Source: Wallemia ichthyophaga EXF-994 (lineage: Eukaryota > Fungi > Basidiomycota). Taken from it: a stretch of DNA of 62,000 bases. The stretch's first letter is position 1. Each line of letters begins with the position of its first letter. Shown one piece after another: positions 49,215 to 62,000 of this stretch. The stretch spans positions 180,001 to 242,000 of the forward strand of contig NW_008806277.1 of assembly GCF_000400465.1 (NCBI RefSeq), in the 5' to 3' direction. The notes beneath the pieces are model-generated. The model saw nothing but the letters and a program-made list of their open reading frames with translations, was not told the origin of the DNA and made no database searches. The translations under genes were made by a program, and so were the position numbers.

Positions 49215-51910
49215 ATGGAGGAATAGTGAGTGTATCGGCTTGTGATTCTTATTCTAATAAATTCATAGTGCACCGCTTACACCAACATCAATCCCTTCGC
49301 CCACAACTTCCTCAAAGGAGTTATACAACTACGGCTTACAGTACCCTCCCACTCCCAAACAACACAAGTCAAATTGCTTGCCAGAATCCTCTAATCATGC
49401 TGCCACCTTAAATTCATCTAATCCACCTTTGTTGAAGCTCCTTGGTATTCCACAAACAGGTGCTAAATCTAGAGTCGAGACTCAAATCAAGATCATTCTC
49501 CAGCTTGAGAACATTCCCAATAATCAATGGAACTTTATCAGACTTCCCTATGGCTCAGCTTCGAAAAAGAGATCTAAGAGAGGTGCACCAATGCCTTACG
49601 ATGTACCTAGGCACAATACCCTCTATCTGGAAACCCAAGTCAACTGTGCAACTGCTCCTTATTGTCCCGTCTATGCTTGTTCTCCTTGCAAAGAACGTGA
49701 AAAGAAGCGTTTCCAGCGTAAACGTGATGCTAGAAGACGTCCAAGATCGAAATCTGATGATGAAGGTCAAGACGACGCTCTACTCAATTCCGCTCCCTTA
49801 CCCGTTAAAGATCAATGGGAGCGTAATAAGATTACACTCTTCAATTGTGGTGAACTTGTCCCTCTCAGTGAGGATATCGCTTATGAAGGTGCTCAACCAT
49901 TGCCAACCGCTGTTCTTCCAACGCGCGTCACTTGTTACTGTAGGCATCACCGTGAAAAGACCGGTTTTACAATAGGCTTTACCCTCAAGCAACACGATGG
50001 CAGCGTTGTTGCATCAAACAAATCACCACCGATTATGATCACGGATGATCACAAGACCTCAACAGGTAAAACGTCTAATTACGGTGAGCAAAGCTCAATC
50101 AAATGTCGCAACCCATTGAAATCTACAAGAGGTATCAAAGATGACGCTCTACTTGCTCAATCCGATACCAATGACAGAAAACCTTATACGAGAAATACTA
50201 GAAGGCAAAACTCACCTTTGGAGATAAATCTCGCCAATAGTTCTAGTCAATCATTCGTATCACCATCTGATTACTCAATGAAGAATGCCCTCAACACCAC
50301 TCCCTCAACAACCCCCAGTCCACCCAGGAGCATCAAAAAGTCTTTGATAGGAGACCTTGAAGGCTCAGCAGGCTTACCCAAAACCTTGGAAGAGTCTCTC
50401 GTCAAGTTTGAACATACTGATGAGCTCGAGACGTATTTGACGTCTAGCTTGAGTGTGCAATCACCTATACAGTTGAATGATTCAGCTAATACGTTAGATG
50501 AATCCAATTCGAAAGGCAACAATCCAACGTTTGATTCAGAAGTAGATAAATACATCGAAAGTTCTTGGGTGGATGATGGTATTAGCAGAAACGAAAGCAT
50601 TAATATATACAATGGTCCGAAAATTTCTAGAGTTGTACCATTTGAGGGACCTACAAGGGGTGGTACAGAGATTACAATCCTCGGTCAACACTTTCCCGAT
50701 GGGTTGACTGTATACTTCGGTTCAAATGCTGCATCTAGGGTCACGAGATGGGGAGAATGTACACTAGTATGTTTGTTGCCGCCTTCGTCCAAGCCTGGGA
50801 CTGTAAGCGTCTCATTAAGAGGATATAATACGAGCGATGAACAACATGGAGACAATCCATTGACTTTCACGTACATCGATGAATCGGATAAAGCTTTAGT
50901 TAGTCCCTTCTCTTTCACGTATTTCAAAGCTGACAATCACCTAGATGGAGCTCGCCTTAAAAGTTCTTGGTTACAATCTCACAGGTAAATATGAGGATGC
51001 AAGAAACGTTGCAATGAGAATCGTGGGAACCGAGAATGGCGAAGGGCAAGTGGATGATAAAGCAAGCAATACTTTGAGTGCCACCAACTTTGATCTTGAA
51101 GCATTCACAATTAATGCGCTACGATTGCTCGATTACAGACAGAACGTCGATAGTTTAAACCTTCTCAATAAACAAAGACAGACGATACTACATTTATCCT
51201 GTCAATTGTCAATGGTGGAACTGACTCAAAGCCTGATTGAATGTGGTGCAGATGTAAACGCAAGGGACATCAATGGATTCACACCGTTGCATTTCGCTTA
51301 CATCAGTAAATCTGAGAATTGCGCAAGAATGTTGTATAATAGCGGCGCAGATGTTGAGGTTGTAAACGCTTGCGGTATTTCTGCAAAGGAGCTTGGTGAA
51401 CTTACGTACTCGAATAAGCTCTCGATACAAGACAGTGAAGACGCTGATGACGAAATCAACTTCTCAAGCGCTGAGGACGACTCGTCATTAGATGATAGAG
51501 TAAGTAAAAGCAACTTACTGCAATCAAATGACAGAGGGACGATTAAAGATCTTGAAAAGAAGGATAATGAGGAAGAGATTGGCTACCAAGAGAAGGCACT
51601 TGAAGTGTTTTTAACAAATCTTAGTACAAAGCTAAGTGAAAAGACCGGTTGGAATCCCGCTGGCACCACATCTCGCTTTACTAAAGTGGAAATGGAAGCA
51701 AATGGAGAAAGTCTCGTCGATGAGGAGGATTGGTCAACGAGAGCAAAGAAAAGAGCGCAAAGCGTCGTTGAGGACGTCCGCCTAATGTTGTTTTGGGCAC
51801 CGGTGCTGCTTTTATCCTTGGTTTTCTCGTTCATCTCAATAGCACCGTTCATTAATAGGGTCGGTAACCAACTAGCACCACTACTAGGACTACAAGCAAA
51901 TTCTGAATAA
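49215..51910 (+). CDS. SPT23: Spt23/Mga2-family membrane-tethered transcription factor (IPT/TIG, ankyrin repeats, TM anchor)
   Basis: KSRVETQIKI, RVTCYCRHHREK, PIMITDDHK, IPT (GPTRGGTEITILG), ankyrin (QTILHLSC, TPLHFA), C-terminal TM. Confidence 0.92.
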
Positions 51911-51995
51911 CTTTTCCTGAATTTAATCTGAACATTTTTGTTTTGTTTTTCTTATTTGTTGAATAATGATATATGTACTTTTGTCAAGGATCATC

Positions 51996-53971
51996 ATGAG
52001 AGTTGCTGTGGTTGGATCCGGTATCAGCGGGCTTAGTGCTACATGGGTTAGTTCTATCGGCTGTGACATGAATACAGATTAAATTTGGTATAAAGCTCCT
52101 TAATGAGTATAGTGACGTTGAAGAGGTACACATCTTCGAAGCCAACAACTACTTTGGAGGACACACGAAGTGAGTGCATCGAAAGACGTGTGAGTTTTAA
52201 TCATATTGTGGAATACAGTACCGTGGAATTCAGCAAAGGCGACAACGATAAGAGTGTTGATGTAGATACGTAAGCTTTGCCACAGTGAGGAAAACAAATC
52301 TAAAGCAGATCATCACAGGGGATTCATAGTATTTAAGTGAGAATAGTCACTTAACTTGGTTTCGTATAATAATGGTTGATAGTGAAGTGACGTATCCGAA
52401 TATGATCAAGATGTTAAACTTGAAGGGAGTCCCGATCATTGATTCCGATATGTCATTCTCAGTATCGAGGAACTCCGGCTCTTTTGAATGGTCAGGGTCA
52501 GGTTTGAATGGCTTATTTGCTCAAAAGTCAAACATCTTCAACCTTGATCATTATGCCATGATTTTGTAGGTCCGATGATTATCGATAGCCTTAATTTTGA
52601 CGTCATAAAAGTGATATAGTTCGATTCAATGCGCTGTCTTTGGACTTGCTAGATGAAAAAAACAGTATGTCCGATATTACGATCGGCGATTACCTTAGGA
52701 AGGAGAAGTATTCGGCAGCATTCATTAACAATTACCTCATAGTAAGCTTCTTTTCTCACAACATGCCATTCCCATTAAACATAATTCGTAGCCAATGAGT
52801 GCAGCTATTTGGAGCACACCACCTGATTCTGTAGCTTTAGATGTCGGTGGTGCTTTATCTCTCGTGCTTCCAAGCTAACGATTATCTTAGTTCCCAGCCA
52901 GTACTCTTATTAGATTCATGTTAGTGGCTTTTCAACGGTGAAATCAACTAAATGACGTCAACAGGCACAACCACCATTTACTTCAAATAGCGGACAGAAC
53001 ACAGTGGTTGACGATAAAAGGAGGATCGTAGGTTTGTTTTCATTGTTTTTCAAATAGTTTTAATTAAACGGTTAGTAAATACTACGTTAATGAGATCATC
53101 AAGAATATGAAGGAAGGAACAACACATTTGTCAACACCTATAAGTAGTCTCAGACGTCTACATAATGGGACAGTTGAGCTTTCAACCGCAAACGAAGATA
53201 CATGGTTTTTCGATCACGTCATTCTCGCTACACATGCTGATACTTCTATGTCAATTATCAATGAAGACTTGAGTGAAAAGGAAAAGGGTCTTTTGAGCAA
53301 CTTTAAGTTTTCTAGTAACGAGGCTGTACTTCATTACGATGAGAAGGTGTGCTAATTAGCTCACAGCATACACTTTAACCAAATACTCACAGCTCATGCC
53401 GACAAGAAGAGAAGCATGGACTAGCTGGAACTTTTTGAGCAATGCTGACGAGAAATCTAACGTTAATAATCAAGTTTCATTGTGAGTTGATACTTTTATA
53501 AAGAAATTAGACAATGACAACATTCCAAGAACGTATTGGATGAACTTATTACAAAGTTTGAGTGAAGAGAATTATGGAAATGTTCTAGTAACACTGAATC
53601 CACCACTCGAACCAAGAGAAGATTGTGTTATTGGTAGATGGAGCTATGAACACCCTTTGATAAGCGCTGATGCGGTTCAAGCTCAAGGTCCGATGAATGA
53701 AATACAAGGTAAAGATGGGTTAAGCTTCGCAGGTGCATGGTTGAAATATGGGTTCCATGAGGATGGCTTTATATCAGGTTATAATGCCGTAAAGACAATA
53801 AATGGCTTGACAGTAGCGGCACCATTTGATTTAATTTCACCTGAAAGACAGGTAGATCAGGTTAATGCACAAGTACGATTTATGCTCTACATACTGCAAT
53901 ATCTGAGAATGAACAAGGTGTTGATATCATTTGTAGTGATTATCGCGTCTGTTTACTTGTCAATTGATTAG
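51996..53971 (+). CDS. FAD/NAD(P)-binding oxidoreductase (amine-oxidase-like, COG2907 type)
   Basis: MRVAVVGSGISGLSA, GGHTNT, VDTGFIVFN..TYPN, AAIWST, SFAGAWLKYGFHEDGF; many introns. Confidence 0.85.
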
Positions 53972-55877
53972 ATAGTCTATTATTATAGTGTTCAATATTG
54001 CTTGATAGTCTCGATAAACCGTTTTCAGATAGACTCAGCCGATTGTCCTCTAATTGAGAAGTGATTTGATGATAATTCAATGAGTTCCCACCACTAATTC
54101 GTGTCAAACAGTCCAATAAGGCAATCTTGTTGTTGTATTCGGAAAACAGTGCAACGAAGGCGACCATGGTCTCTAGATTTTCATTGGGTATCTTATGACT
54201 GAAAAGATTTTCAACAATGTTCAAAAGTGGTCTATTGAATAGATTAGATTTGTCGAGTAAATTATGTGATATAGTCAGATGCAGGAGAATTGAATGCCGT
54301 CTATAAATAGTGAGGTGATTGTATTTAGCTAGAAGGTAAAGTTGATAATTTAATTGTGCAAGGTTGATGGTTTTACTGTTTATTGTGTGATCTAAACATC
54401 TTAATATTATGGACTTTGATGGTTTATGATGACGCGACTTATCTAATTTGATTAATAAATTAGCCACAGGACGATCGACTAATATGTGAAATTTGATGAT
54501 GATTTCTAGGAAAGGCAAAGGATCGATACTTCTTTCATTGAGATCGATCAAAATTTTATCGATCAAGTCAAAGGACTGGGTATTCAATAATTGATTAATC
54601 AAAGTGCCATACGTTTCACTAGTAGGATGTAGACCTCTATCTAAAGCGTAATTGAATAGTTGAAAGGCTTGAGAAGGAGAGTTTTGAGCTATTGATAATA
54701 AAGATAAATTGATATCCTTCAAGTCAGGCATGATAGATCTGGATAGTAGATGACGAAAGACGGCCAATGAAGCGCTAGAGTTGCCTAAATATAGACACAT
54801 TCTTGATAGAGCGTTTAATTGGATGTGATTATAATCTGAAGGTTTAGAATCCTTCAAGTAATTATCAAAGATAAGATTAGCTAGTTTGAAATTATCAGAG
54901 TTACCCTTTTGGTTTGTTAGAAGCCTTATGATTGATAAAGTGAGATTTGAAGAATGTGTTGGAGATAATTGAGATGATGGTAAGTTAGGATAAGCGAGTT
55001 TGATGATGTCAGATTGATTTAATTTACAGCAATTAATGAGAATTGAAGATTGAATGGATGGTTCCAGTAGATTGAATTTATTAGTCTCTAATAATGATAG
55101 GGTGAAAGCTTTGTGATTAGATTTTAGATTCTGGGAGGATAGATGGTTGGATATTGTTAAAAGAGATAGTTGCGGAGGTGTGTAAGTATCTTTAACTTTT
55201 AAATAAAGCTTGTATAAGTTGTTGTTGTTGTTATTGTCCTGTAATTCCACCAATAAACGGAATAAACCATCAAAATGAGTTGTAGGGAGTTGATAATCTA
55301 ACTTGATCAAGTACTTTAATAGTAGATTGATAGCTGATTTATCGCCATCCATGATAAAATGACTCATAATAGTATTTAATAAGTTATCTTTGTAGTCAGT
55401 GGATGATGAACATTTTAGTAGTGAAGATGAGTATCGTAATGCTAGATCGCCTTTACCATAACGTAAAGAGATTAAGCAGGAATAGTTGAGAATGATAAAT
55501 TTAATGTTATTCAGGTTATTCGAATCGTTAATATTATTGATATGGTTAGTGAAACCAGAGTCGTTTAGATGATTAAATAGAGATTGTGCTATTGTCAAAG
55601 AGTTTTTATCATCAGAGTTAATAAGCCATAGAATAACATTTAAGCAATCATAGAGTGAATCATAATTCTGATAATTGATTGTGAAAGGTGTGGATGGAAC
55701 CGATGAAGTCAAGAATGGTTTAAATCTATCCAAATTTTGATTTATAGTTTCCAATTTTTCATGCAATTGATTGTAATTTGATAGACTGATAGATTTATCA
55801 CCAAAAACCAACGTTCTGAATGATCTATTGATACTAAATTTAAACTTCTTATCGATTAGTCTATTCAAAATTCTCAT
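53940..55877 (-). CDS. Intronless helical-repeat (PPR-like) protein, probably mitochondrial
   Basis: 645-aa ORF with basic presequence-like start; PPR-like units such as GLHPTSETYGTLINQL and SIMPDLKDINL. Confidence 0.65.
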   Translation of the reverse strand: MRILNRLIDKKFKFSINRSFRTLVFGDKSISLSNYNQLHEKLETINQNLDRFKPFLTSSVPSTPFTINYQNYDSLYDCLNVILWLINSDDKNSLTIAQSLFNHLNDSGFTNHINNINDSNNLNNIKFIILNYSCLISLRYGKGDLALRYSSSLLKCSSSTDYKDNLLNTIMSHFIMDGDKSAINLLLKYLIKLDYQLPTTHFDGLFRLLVELQDNNNNNNLYKLYLKVKDTYTPPQLSLLTISNHLSSQNLKSNHKAFTLSLLETNKFNLLEPSIQSSILINCCKLNQSDIIKLAYPNLPSSQLSPTHSSNLTLSIIRLLTNQKGNSDNFKLANLIFDNYLKDSKPSDYNHIQLNALSRMCLYLGNSSASLAVFRHLLSRSIMPDLKDINLSLLSIAQNSPSQAFQLFNYALDRGLHPTSETYGTLINQLLNTQSFDLIDKILIDLNERSIDPLPFLEIIIKFHILVDRPVANLLIKLDKSRHHKPSKSIILRCLDHTINSKTINLAQLNYQLYLLAKYNHLTIYRRHSILLHLTISHNLLDKSNLFNRPLLNIVENLFSHKIPNENLETMVAFVALFSEYNNKIALLDCLTRISGGNSLNYHQITSQLEDNRLSLSENGLSRLSSNIEHYNNRLSNQLTSKQTR

Positions 55878-55953
55878 TTGCTGATTTATTCGTTAACATC
55901 AACTCCTCTGTATCCGCCTTATCAACTCACGATCCCCTATATCAATTTAGCTC

Positions 55954-56202
55954 ATGGGCAAATCTGCTAAATTCACAAAGAAACCTTTAAATAAAAAATT
56001 ATCAAAAAACAAAAATATAAATGCATCGTCTAGCTCTAATACTACAAGCCAGAAACATCCCACAACGAATCCTCCGCCACCTTCACACTCCGCAAAGCGT
56101 AGAAACAGAATTGTACAGCTATCAAATCAAGCAAAGGAAGCTAAATCAAAGGGCAGAACTGTGTTAGACGATAAAGATTATTTGAAATTATATGAAAAGT
56201 GA
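55954..56202 (+). CDS. Small basic hypothetical protein (82 aa)
   Basis: Clean ATG-to-stop ORF MGKSAKFTKK...DKDYLKLYEK filling a divergent slot; resembles small fungal basic proteins. Confidence 0.6.
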   Translation: MGKSAKFTKKPLNKKLSKNKNINASSSSNTTSQKHPTTNPPPPSHSAKRRNRIVQLSNQAKEAKSKGRTVLDDKDYLKLYEK

Positions 56203-56400
56203 AATATTTGTAAAATTATTTTGGTTTTGCAGAGAAAATGAGAATACATATTATATTTTACACATAAGGATTATTATACATCAAAGAATATCATCTATGG
56301 AGTCATCTGCTGCTCACGTTTGCGCGATTGAGTTTGGTTGGTTCCCTACAATCTAAATAAGTAAGTAATTAATTCTGATATTAAACCATCTTATCAATAT

Positions 56401-58472
56401 ATGCACCTCAGTATGACTGCTTATCTACCCCGTCAACAGTCTCAGCCCGCTTCCTCCTCCCCTATCGAATCTGAGTTTCCGCCAATCTATCTCAATACTC
56501 CAAACACTTCCCCTAAAATCAAAGATCAAGATATCGACGAAGAAGCTCTAGCCGACGTGTCTTTCGCGTCTTCAATCTCCATAACAACGAACTCTCCTTC
56601 ACCTCACAAATCTCAACCGAATTCAAACTTACCTTTGAATGATCTAAGTTTAAATGAGAATCAGACTATTAAGTCTAACAATCCTTACAATACCACCTCA
56701 AGAGGTAAAAAGCGCGTTGGCTTACCTGCAATGTGGTCCGTCACAAAGCAATCTATATCCCCACCCAACTCTTCTAAAAACAAAAGAAATGCTGTTATGT
56801 TTGAGCCTAAATCTGTTAGTTTTCACCTCTTTAAATGCGTTTTTGACTTATTCATTCCCTACAGACTATTATCCCTTCCTCGCCTCCATCCTCTCACCAC
56901 CATTCTGGTAGCTTAGATAAAGCTGATGAAAGTTCACAATATGTCTCTCAAAACAGTTATCAGGACTCGTCTCCAGAGTCTAAGTCTTCAATTAGACCTA
57001 GAGCTCCTTCTGAACCTTCAAAACCCGACATCTATTATCATAACCCATCCTCTCCGGAAAGAGTAAAGAAACCAAGACTTTCTCCTTTGAAACCCCCTTT
57101 CATGTCTATCAAGACCTTAGGTAGAGCTTATTCTGCACCAGACAACTACGTTGGTCAATCAAAAACTATCTCAGGCACTCTCTCTCCTTATCAATCATCT
57201 CAATCTCCTAATTATTCAAAGTATAAGTCTGCCCCAATACGCGAGCGTAGACAAAACAAAAAGAGCAGACCTCCAATGCCCTCATTCGAACAACAATCAC
57301 CTTCATTGTTCAATAATGACCATCAATCTGAAAACCAACCTGATAAATCAAACAAAAAACCCTTCGCTAAACCCGCATTCAGAAGAGCTTTCTCTTTAGT
57401 TGCTCCAAATCCAATGAACAATGTCCCATCACCGGGTGATATTGACTCTTCACCATGTGCTGATGCTTCTCCGTCAATAAGACCTTTATCACAACAAATT
57501 CAACAAAAAAACACTTTTAATAGACCTTCAGGTCCTTTGAGAGCTCTATCTTCTTTACAAGGTCCTGCGATTTCTCCTAGAGGTGTTCAAATTCCTGGTT
57601 TCGGTCATAGTGAAAAGGAGGGTAAACTTTTACCTTGTTTCAACGTTAAGGATGATGGCTTAATGAGAGTAAACCCTGATGTCGTTGATGACTTGATATC
57701 CAACCCTCTGCCAAACAATATTAGTGATTTACACATCGTTGATTGTAGATTCCCATTCGAATATGCAGGTGGTCATATTCCAGGTGCTGTTAATCTTGGT
57801 ACTCTTCAAGCTGTTGAGAATCATTTCTTAATACCAAACTCTGGTATTAATCAATCATCTTTCTCTTTACCTACACCCTCAACTTCTGCATCTAATAATG
57901 AAAATAGTCGAAAAGTTATTATTTTCCACTGCGAATTCTCAAACATGAGAGCACCTACACTCGCAAAGCACCTTAGATCTTTAGACAGAAGTCGCAATGA
58001 ACATCCTAACCTAAATTTTCCGGAACTCTATATTTTATCAGGAGGTTACGCGGAATATTACAAACAATATAATTTTAAAAAACCTTACTTGAGATATACA
58101 CCGATGGATGCACCAAACTTCCATCCAGAACGAGAAGCTCATCTAGCTGCATTCAGAGCCTCATCAAAACCATCTTCCATGGGTGGCGGACCAAATATGG
58201 GATTAAGGTCAAAATCGTTTACATTTGCAACTAACAGCTCTAGATTGACAAATGTTTCAAAACTACTACAAGATCAGACAGTACATGAGGAGTGTAGTGA
58301 GATTTCAATGGATGCCTCACCTTGCGCGCCTTCACAGAAAAGTAACAGACCTCCATTACTTAATAGACACAAATCACTCGCTAAGTTGCAAAGCTCGCCT
58401 CTTAAATTAGACAGCGACAACGATTCACCAATGAAGATAAAAAGGGACTTGACTTTTGTTGATCGGTCATAA
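56401..58472 (+). CDS. MIH1: Cdc25 / Mih1 M-phase inducer phosphatase
   Basis: IVDCRFPFEYAGGHI; catalytic IFHCEFSNMRAP; LYILSGGY; one intron. Start could be 56413. Confidence 0.93.
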
Positions 58473-58598
58473 TCATCAAAACGTCTCAAACACTCTTTCT
58501 CAAACACACTCTCTCAAACATTCTTTCTATTCAGTATTTTGTTTATAGTTGTATATGTTTATATAAATACACGGTATTATTCAAGCTCAAACTCAAAA

Positions 58599-59307
58599 TC
58601 AAATACCCAATCGCTCTTCTAACTCCTTGTTTTGAAGTTTCAGTGTTTCTATAGTGTTCATATCTGACTTTTGCTGTGTTATATGCCCAAGATATTCCTT
58701 GCGTAGATCTTCATATTGAGATTGTAATTCTGTATACATTCCTGCACGCTCTTTGACATTTGAGAGTGTTGAACGATGTTCATTGTCTAATTCGAGCTGC
58801 CTTTCTTGTTGTAATACATATAATCTCTTTGATAATTCGTTAACGGTGGTATCCTGGAATGTCTTTCTAGCCGCAAGTCCAACACTCAGTTGATTCTCCA
58901 GCAAACTTATCTTTGATAGTAACTCCTGATTCTCCTTACTCAACGCAAAGGCTGCTTCAGATGATTGCTGGTATTGTTGCCTTAGGAAGTCATTATCCTC
59001 TACTAAACCGTTTATACGTCTGTCATTATCTTCAACTTGTGCGCCTAATCTGACATTCTCGCCAACATTCCTTTCGTGATCCCCTTGGAGGGCATGAGCA
59101 AACTTTGTGAATTGATCGAATGGATTGAGCGGCTAATAATGTTAGATGATTTTTCACTTTAACTTACTACCTTACTGTTTCTGGTGCTTCTTCGACATTG
59201 ACGTCCTTTGACTCGTTATCTTTGACTCTCACATCATCCTCATTTGGCTGCTCAATAATTACCGCTTCAACTACTGCATCATCTTGCATCGGTACATTAT
59301 CCTCCAT
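58599..59307 (-). CDS. Hypothetical coiled-coil protein
   Basis: Acidic N-terminal exon plus a heptad-rich open frame through ORF 58599..58943; start approximate. Confidence 0.5.
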
Positions 59308-59472
59308 TTCTTGTGTACTGGCAGAATAACTTGATGATGACCGTTGGTTCTTATCCGTTAACTCATAAGACTTGTAATAAGAATAATAAATTCACTTTAC
59401 AATTATATAATGCTAATTTGTAATCGTACAATGCGAAATAGTTATGCAATGAAGTGATTGCCGTTACGGAAA

Positions 59473-62000
59473 TCAAAGCTGATCGTCATCAACAACAAAA
59501 CCATCCTCATACTAAAGAAATCAAAGTTAGAAATATTTTAGTGTATAAGTTTACCCAAACTCACATCATATGTATCATCTGGATCAGCTACGTTTGGACT
59601 ACTAGAAAGCAACATCGGCCTATGGGCTGCCTCTTTCGAACCAAGCATAAACCCTACAGGATTCCTTATAGGTCCTGCATTAAATTGTGGTCCACCTCCG
59701 TTTGGTACCTGAGTTGCTAAACCCATTACATAAGCTGCTTGCTGATTATAATCAATGTCATTATTAATGAGCTGACTTTGATCACCAGCAACAAAATCAA
59801 TATCACTTTCCGATAGTGCTTCTACGTCACTTGATCTCTCATCTCCAGAAGCATCTTCATTTTCAGAGACTTGAGCATCCAGATCTAAATATTCACCATG
59901 CGTCATCATCGTTCTACTACGCTTTGTTGTTGGCTGAGGAGGCATTGGTGATGTATTCGATGATGATCTCTGTCTTAATCGTTTGAATGGATGATAGGGT
60001 GTACCACGGGGTGAGGATGAGATGAGTGATTTGCCTGTTGTGCGAGGTGCAATAAGACTCTGACCAGGTTTACGGACAACCTGTGATTGATCGGGCGATC
60101 CATTACTCAATATTGATTTCGGTTCATAATGAAATGGCTTGATATATGTGTTCTCCTGAACATTCATTCGTGTGTTGTTGACAACAAGCGGAGATGAGTC
60201 AACTGACATGCAGCTGTTGTTTGCATTTTTACCACCCAATGGTCTTGCTGGCGTTTTAAATGTTTCATCTTTACGCTTAGCGTTGTCATTCTTTCCGGGA
60301 ACGACCACGGGACTGTCAACTTGATCAGAATCAAGGTCAATGACTGGTGAATCTTGAAATAGTAGTCTAGGTGCTTTAAACCCTTTTTTACTTCTCTTCT
60401 TGCTTCCAAATGGTGGCTCTGACGGTGACTTTAAGATCGGTGGTTTGTTCAGGACCAAGACTGGTGAAGATGTTGGTGACATTGGCGTTGGTGATCTCGT
60501 ACGCTGTCTTTTTGTACTCTGTGTAGGCTTGGGAGACTCTACCTCTTCTTCGTCATCATGGAGAGTGATTGAATGAGTTCGCAATGACAACGTCTTTGAT
60601 AAAGCGGCCACTGATTGATTGGATTTACTTGCTTGACTTGCTTGCCGTCTTACAGCATGACTTGGCTGCCTTTGTAATTGGCTGGGTTTATTCTTCAACT
60701 TCTCGTTTCGCTTCGACGAAGGACCTGAGGGCTCAAGCTTCAAGGGCTGCACTTCCTTCTGTGACTGAAAGTCATCTATGCCCTTTTTTAGTGCTTCATC
60801 TTCAGAATCTGATTCGACGTTCATAGCAGCAGTGTCTGTTTTCTTTTCAACGAGATCACTAGCATTAACAAACCCCGAGGTAGCTTGTTCTGGGACGTTA
60901 CGAAGAGGATTTTCATTTCTTTTCCGCTTTGGCTTTGAAGCCTTCGTGAAGTTACGGATGTTTGAACTAGAAGAGTCTTTCTTGATGTTTTTCTTAGTTA
61001 AGCTTTCCCATTCTTCAACCTGAACATGTCTCTTCTCACATTCAGGTTCAACGTCATGTGGAATTAACCGTTCAACATCGTTGTATAATGCCACTTGATC
61101 TCCCGAAACAATATATGCTTGAACATCCTGGTGCCTAGCTTGTGCTTCATCCCAATTTTTATCTTCAAGGTCTTCAGCCATGAGTGTGTGAACGTGTCCC
61201 TGACGCTTTCTGCCAGTACGACCAATCTTTTGTAACATACTGATAGAGCTTCTTCCAGGATCATAGGTTATAGTAAGATCGATATCACCAATGTCCAAAC
61301 CTTCTTCACCGATAGATGTTGAGACTAACACATTAAAAGTCCCATCTTTATATTCATTCATGACTTTCTGTTGTTGTTTTTGATTTAAACCCTTTTTACC
61401 ATTAGATGCTGCTTGTCCGACGAATGCCGCCGCCTATTATGAATCTTGTCAGATATATACTTTTGCATTATTTCCTAACCCACTCTAAGAATAGGAGAAT
61501 GGGTATTGATTTGTTCCACTACTTCGTCCACTGTCTCTCTAAGTGCTGTATGAGTGTGAGATACTGATCTTAAGACAAAGAAAAAACGCACATGCAAAGA
61601 CTATGGCTCTAGTTTCAGTCTTTTCCGTTGAAAAGTTGGTAAAGTGATCCAATAACAGTGATTCTACTTTCTCCATCTTTGGATGACTGAGTCTGCCATT
61701 GCGTCTGGATCGTTCAGACTCTATTGATAACATAAGTTTTTCTATAGTCTTTTTGGTATCTGGATCTTGCTTTTTGCCGCTCAGCTCTTGCAAATTTTGA
61801 TAGAATATCTCAATGCTCTGGATTTGCTGTAAATTGGTTAGCCTTTTTTCTAGCGCAATTAATTGTGAGCTCACCAAGTTCCTCATAGCACGCGTGGCAT
61901 CTCCTGCTTTATTCAAACTACCAAACAAATATTTTTGATGTGGTAATATCCTGCTACGAAGAGCAGTGATCGAATATGGATGAAGCTTCCTCAATTTGTT
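59473..62000 (-). CDS. MPH1: Mph1/FANCM DEAH helicase, 3' part
   Basis: HPKMEKV, RAIVF, FNVLVSTSIGEEGLDIG, QKIGRTGRKRQG, C-terminal YLDLDAQVS acidic motif. The gene begins beyond the window end. Confidence 0.9.

Noticed and set aside
61202-61230. Mph1 helicase motif VI variant QKIGRTGR (usually QRxGRxGR)
   Set aside because: A conservative R-to-K change at a tolerant position; not enough to suggest altered function.

Overview
Eukaryotic, very compact fungal genomic DNA. It has many introns of about 45-50 nt (GT..CTAAC/CTGAC..YAG or AAG) and intergenic gaps that are often under 100 bp. The proteins look basidiomycete, and the overall style fits a Wallemia-like yeast/mould; this is an inference, as no database search was possible. 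About 36 protein-coding genes are supported, mostly housekeeping: SSS1, COX17, PRP21, SIF2/TBL1, RSM22, BTS1, RSM27, PMP3, PRS, RPA34, RPL28, RRP41, MEU1, VRG4, EGD2, CDC12, SPT23/MGA2, MIH1 and MPH1, plus an AA9 LPMO and an MFS transporter. The stand-out feature is an about 8.5 kb gene-free island (about 35.6-44.1 kb). It contains a near-perfect 1.6 kb inverted repeat around a 1.1 kb AT-rich core, nested inside an older, degenerate inverted repeat. This layout matches inverted-repeat regional centromeres and is a candidate centromere. Other notable observations: micro-exons of 1, 3, 5, 6 and 7 nt (including a single-nucleotide exon in PMP3); a start codon split by an intron and an intronic H/ACA snoRNA clamped by a 19-bp stem, both in RPL28; a 2 kb tandem duplication of a GPI-anchored protein gene that leaves a 100%-identical RPL28 remnant; head-to-head gene pairs 19-27 bp apart; and a PPPDE pseudo-peptidase. 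Exon boundaries were worked out by hand and need RNA confirmation.
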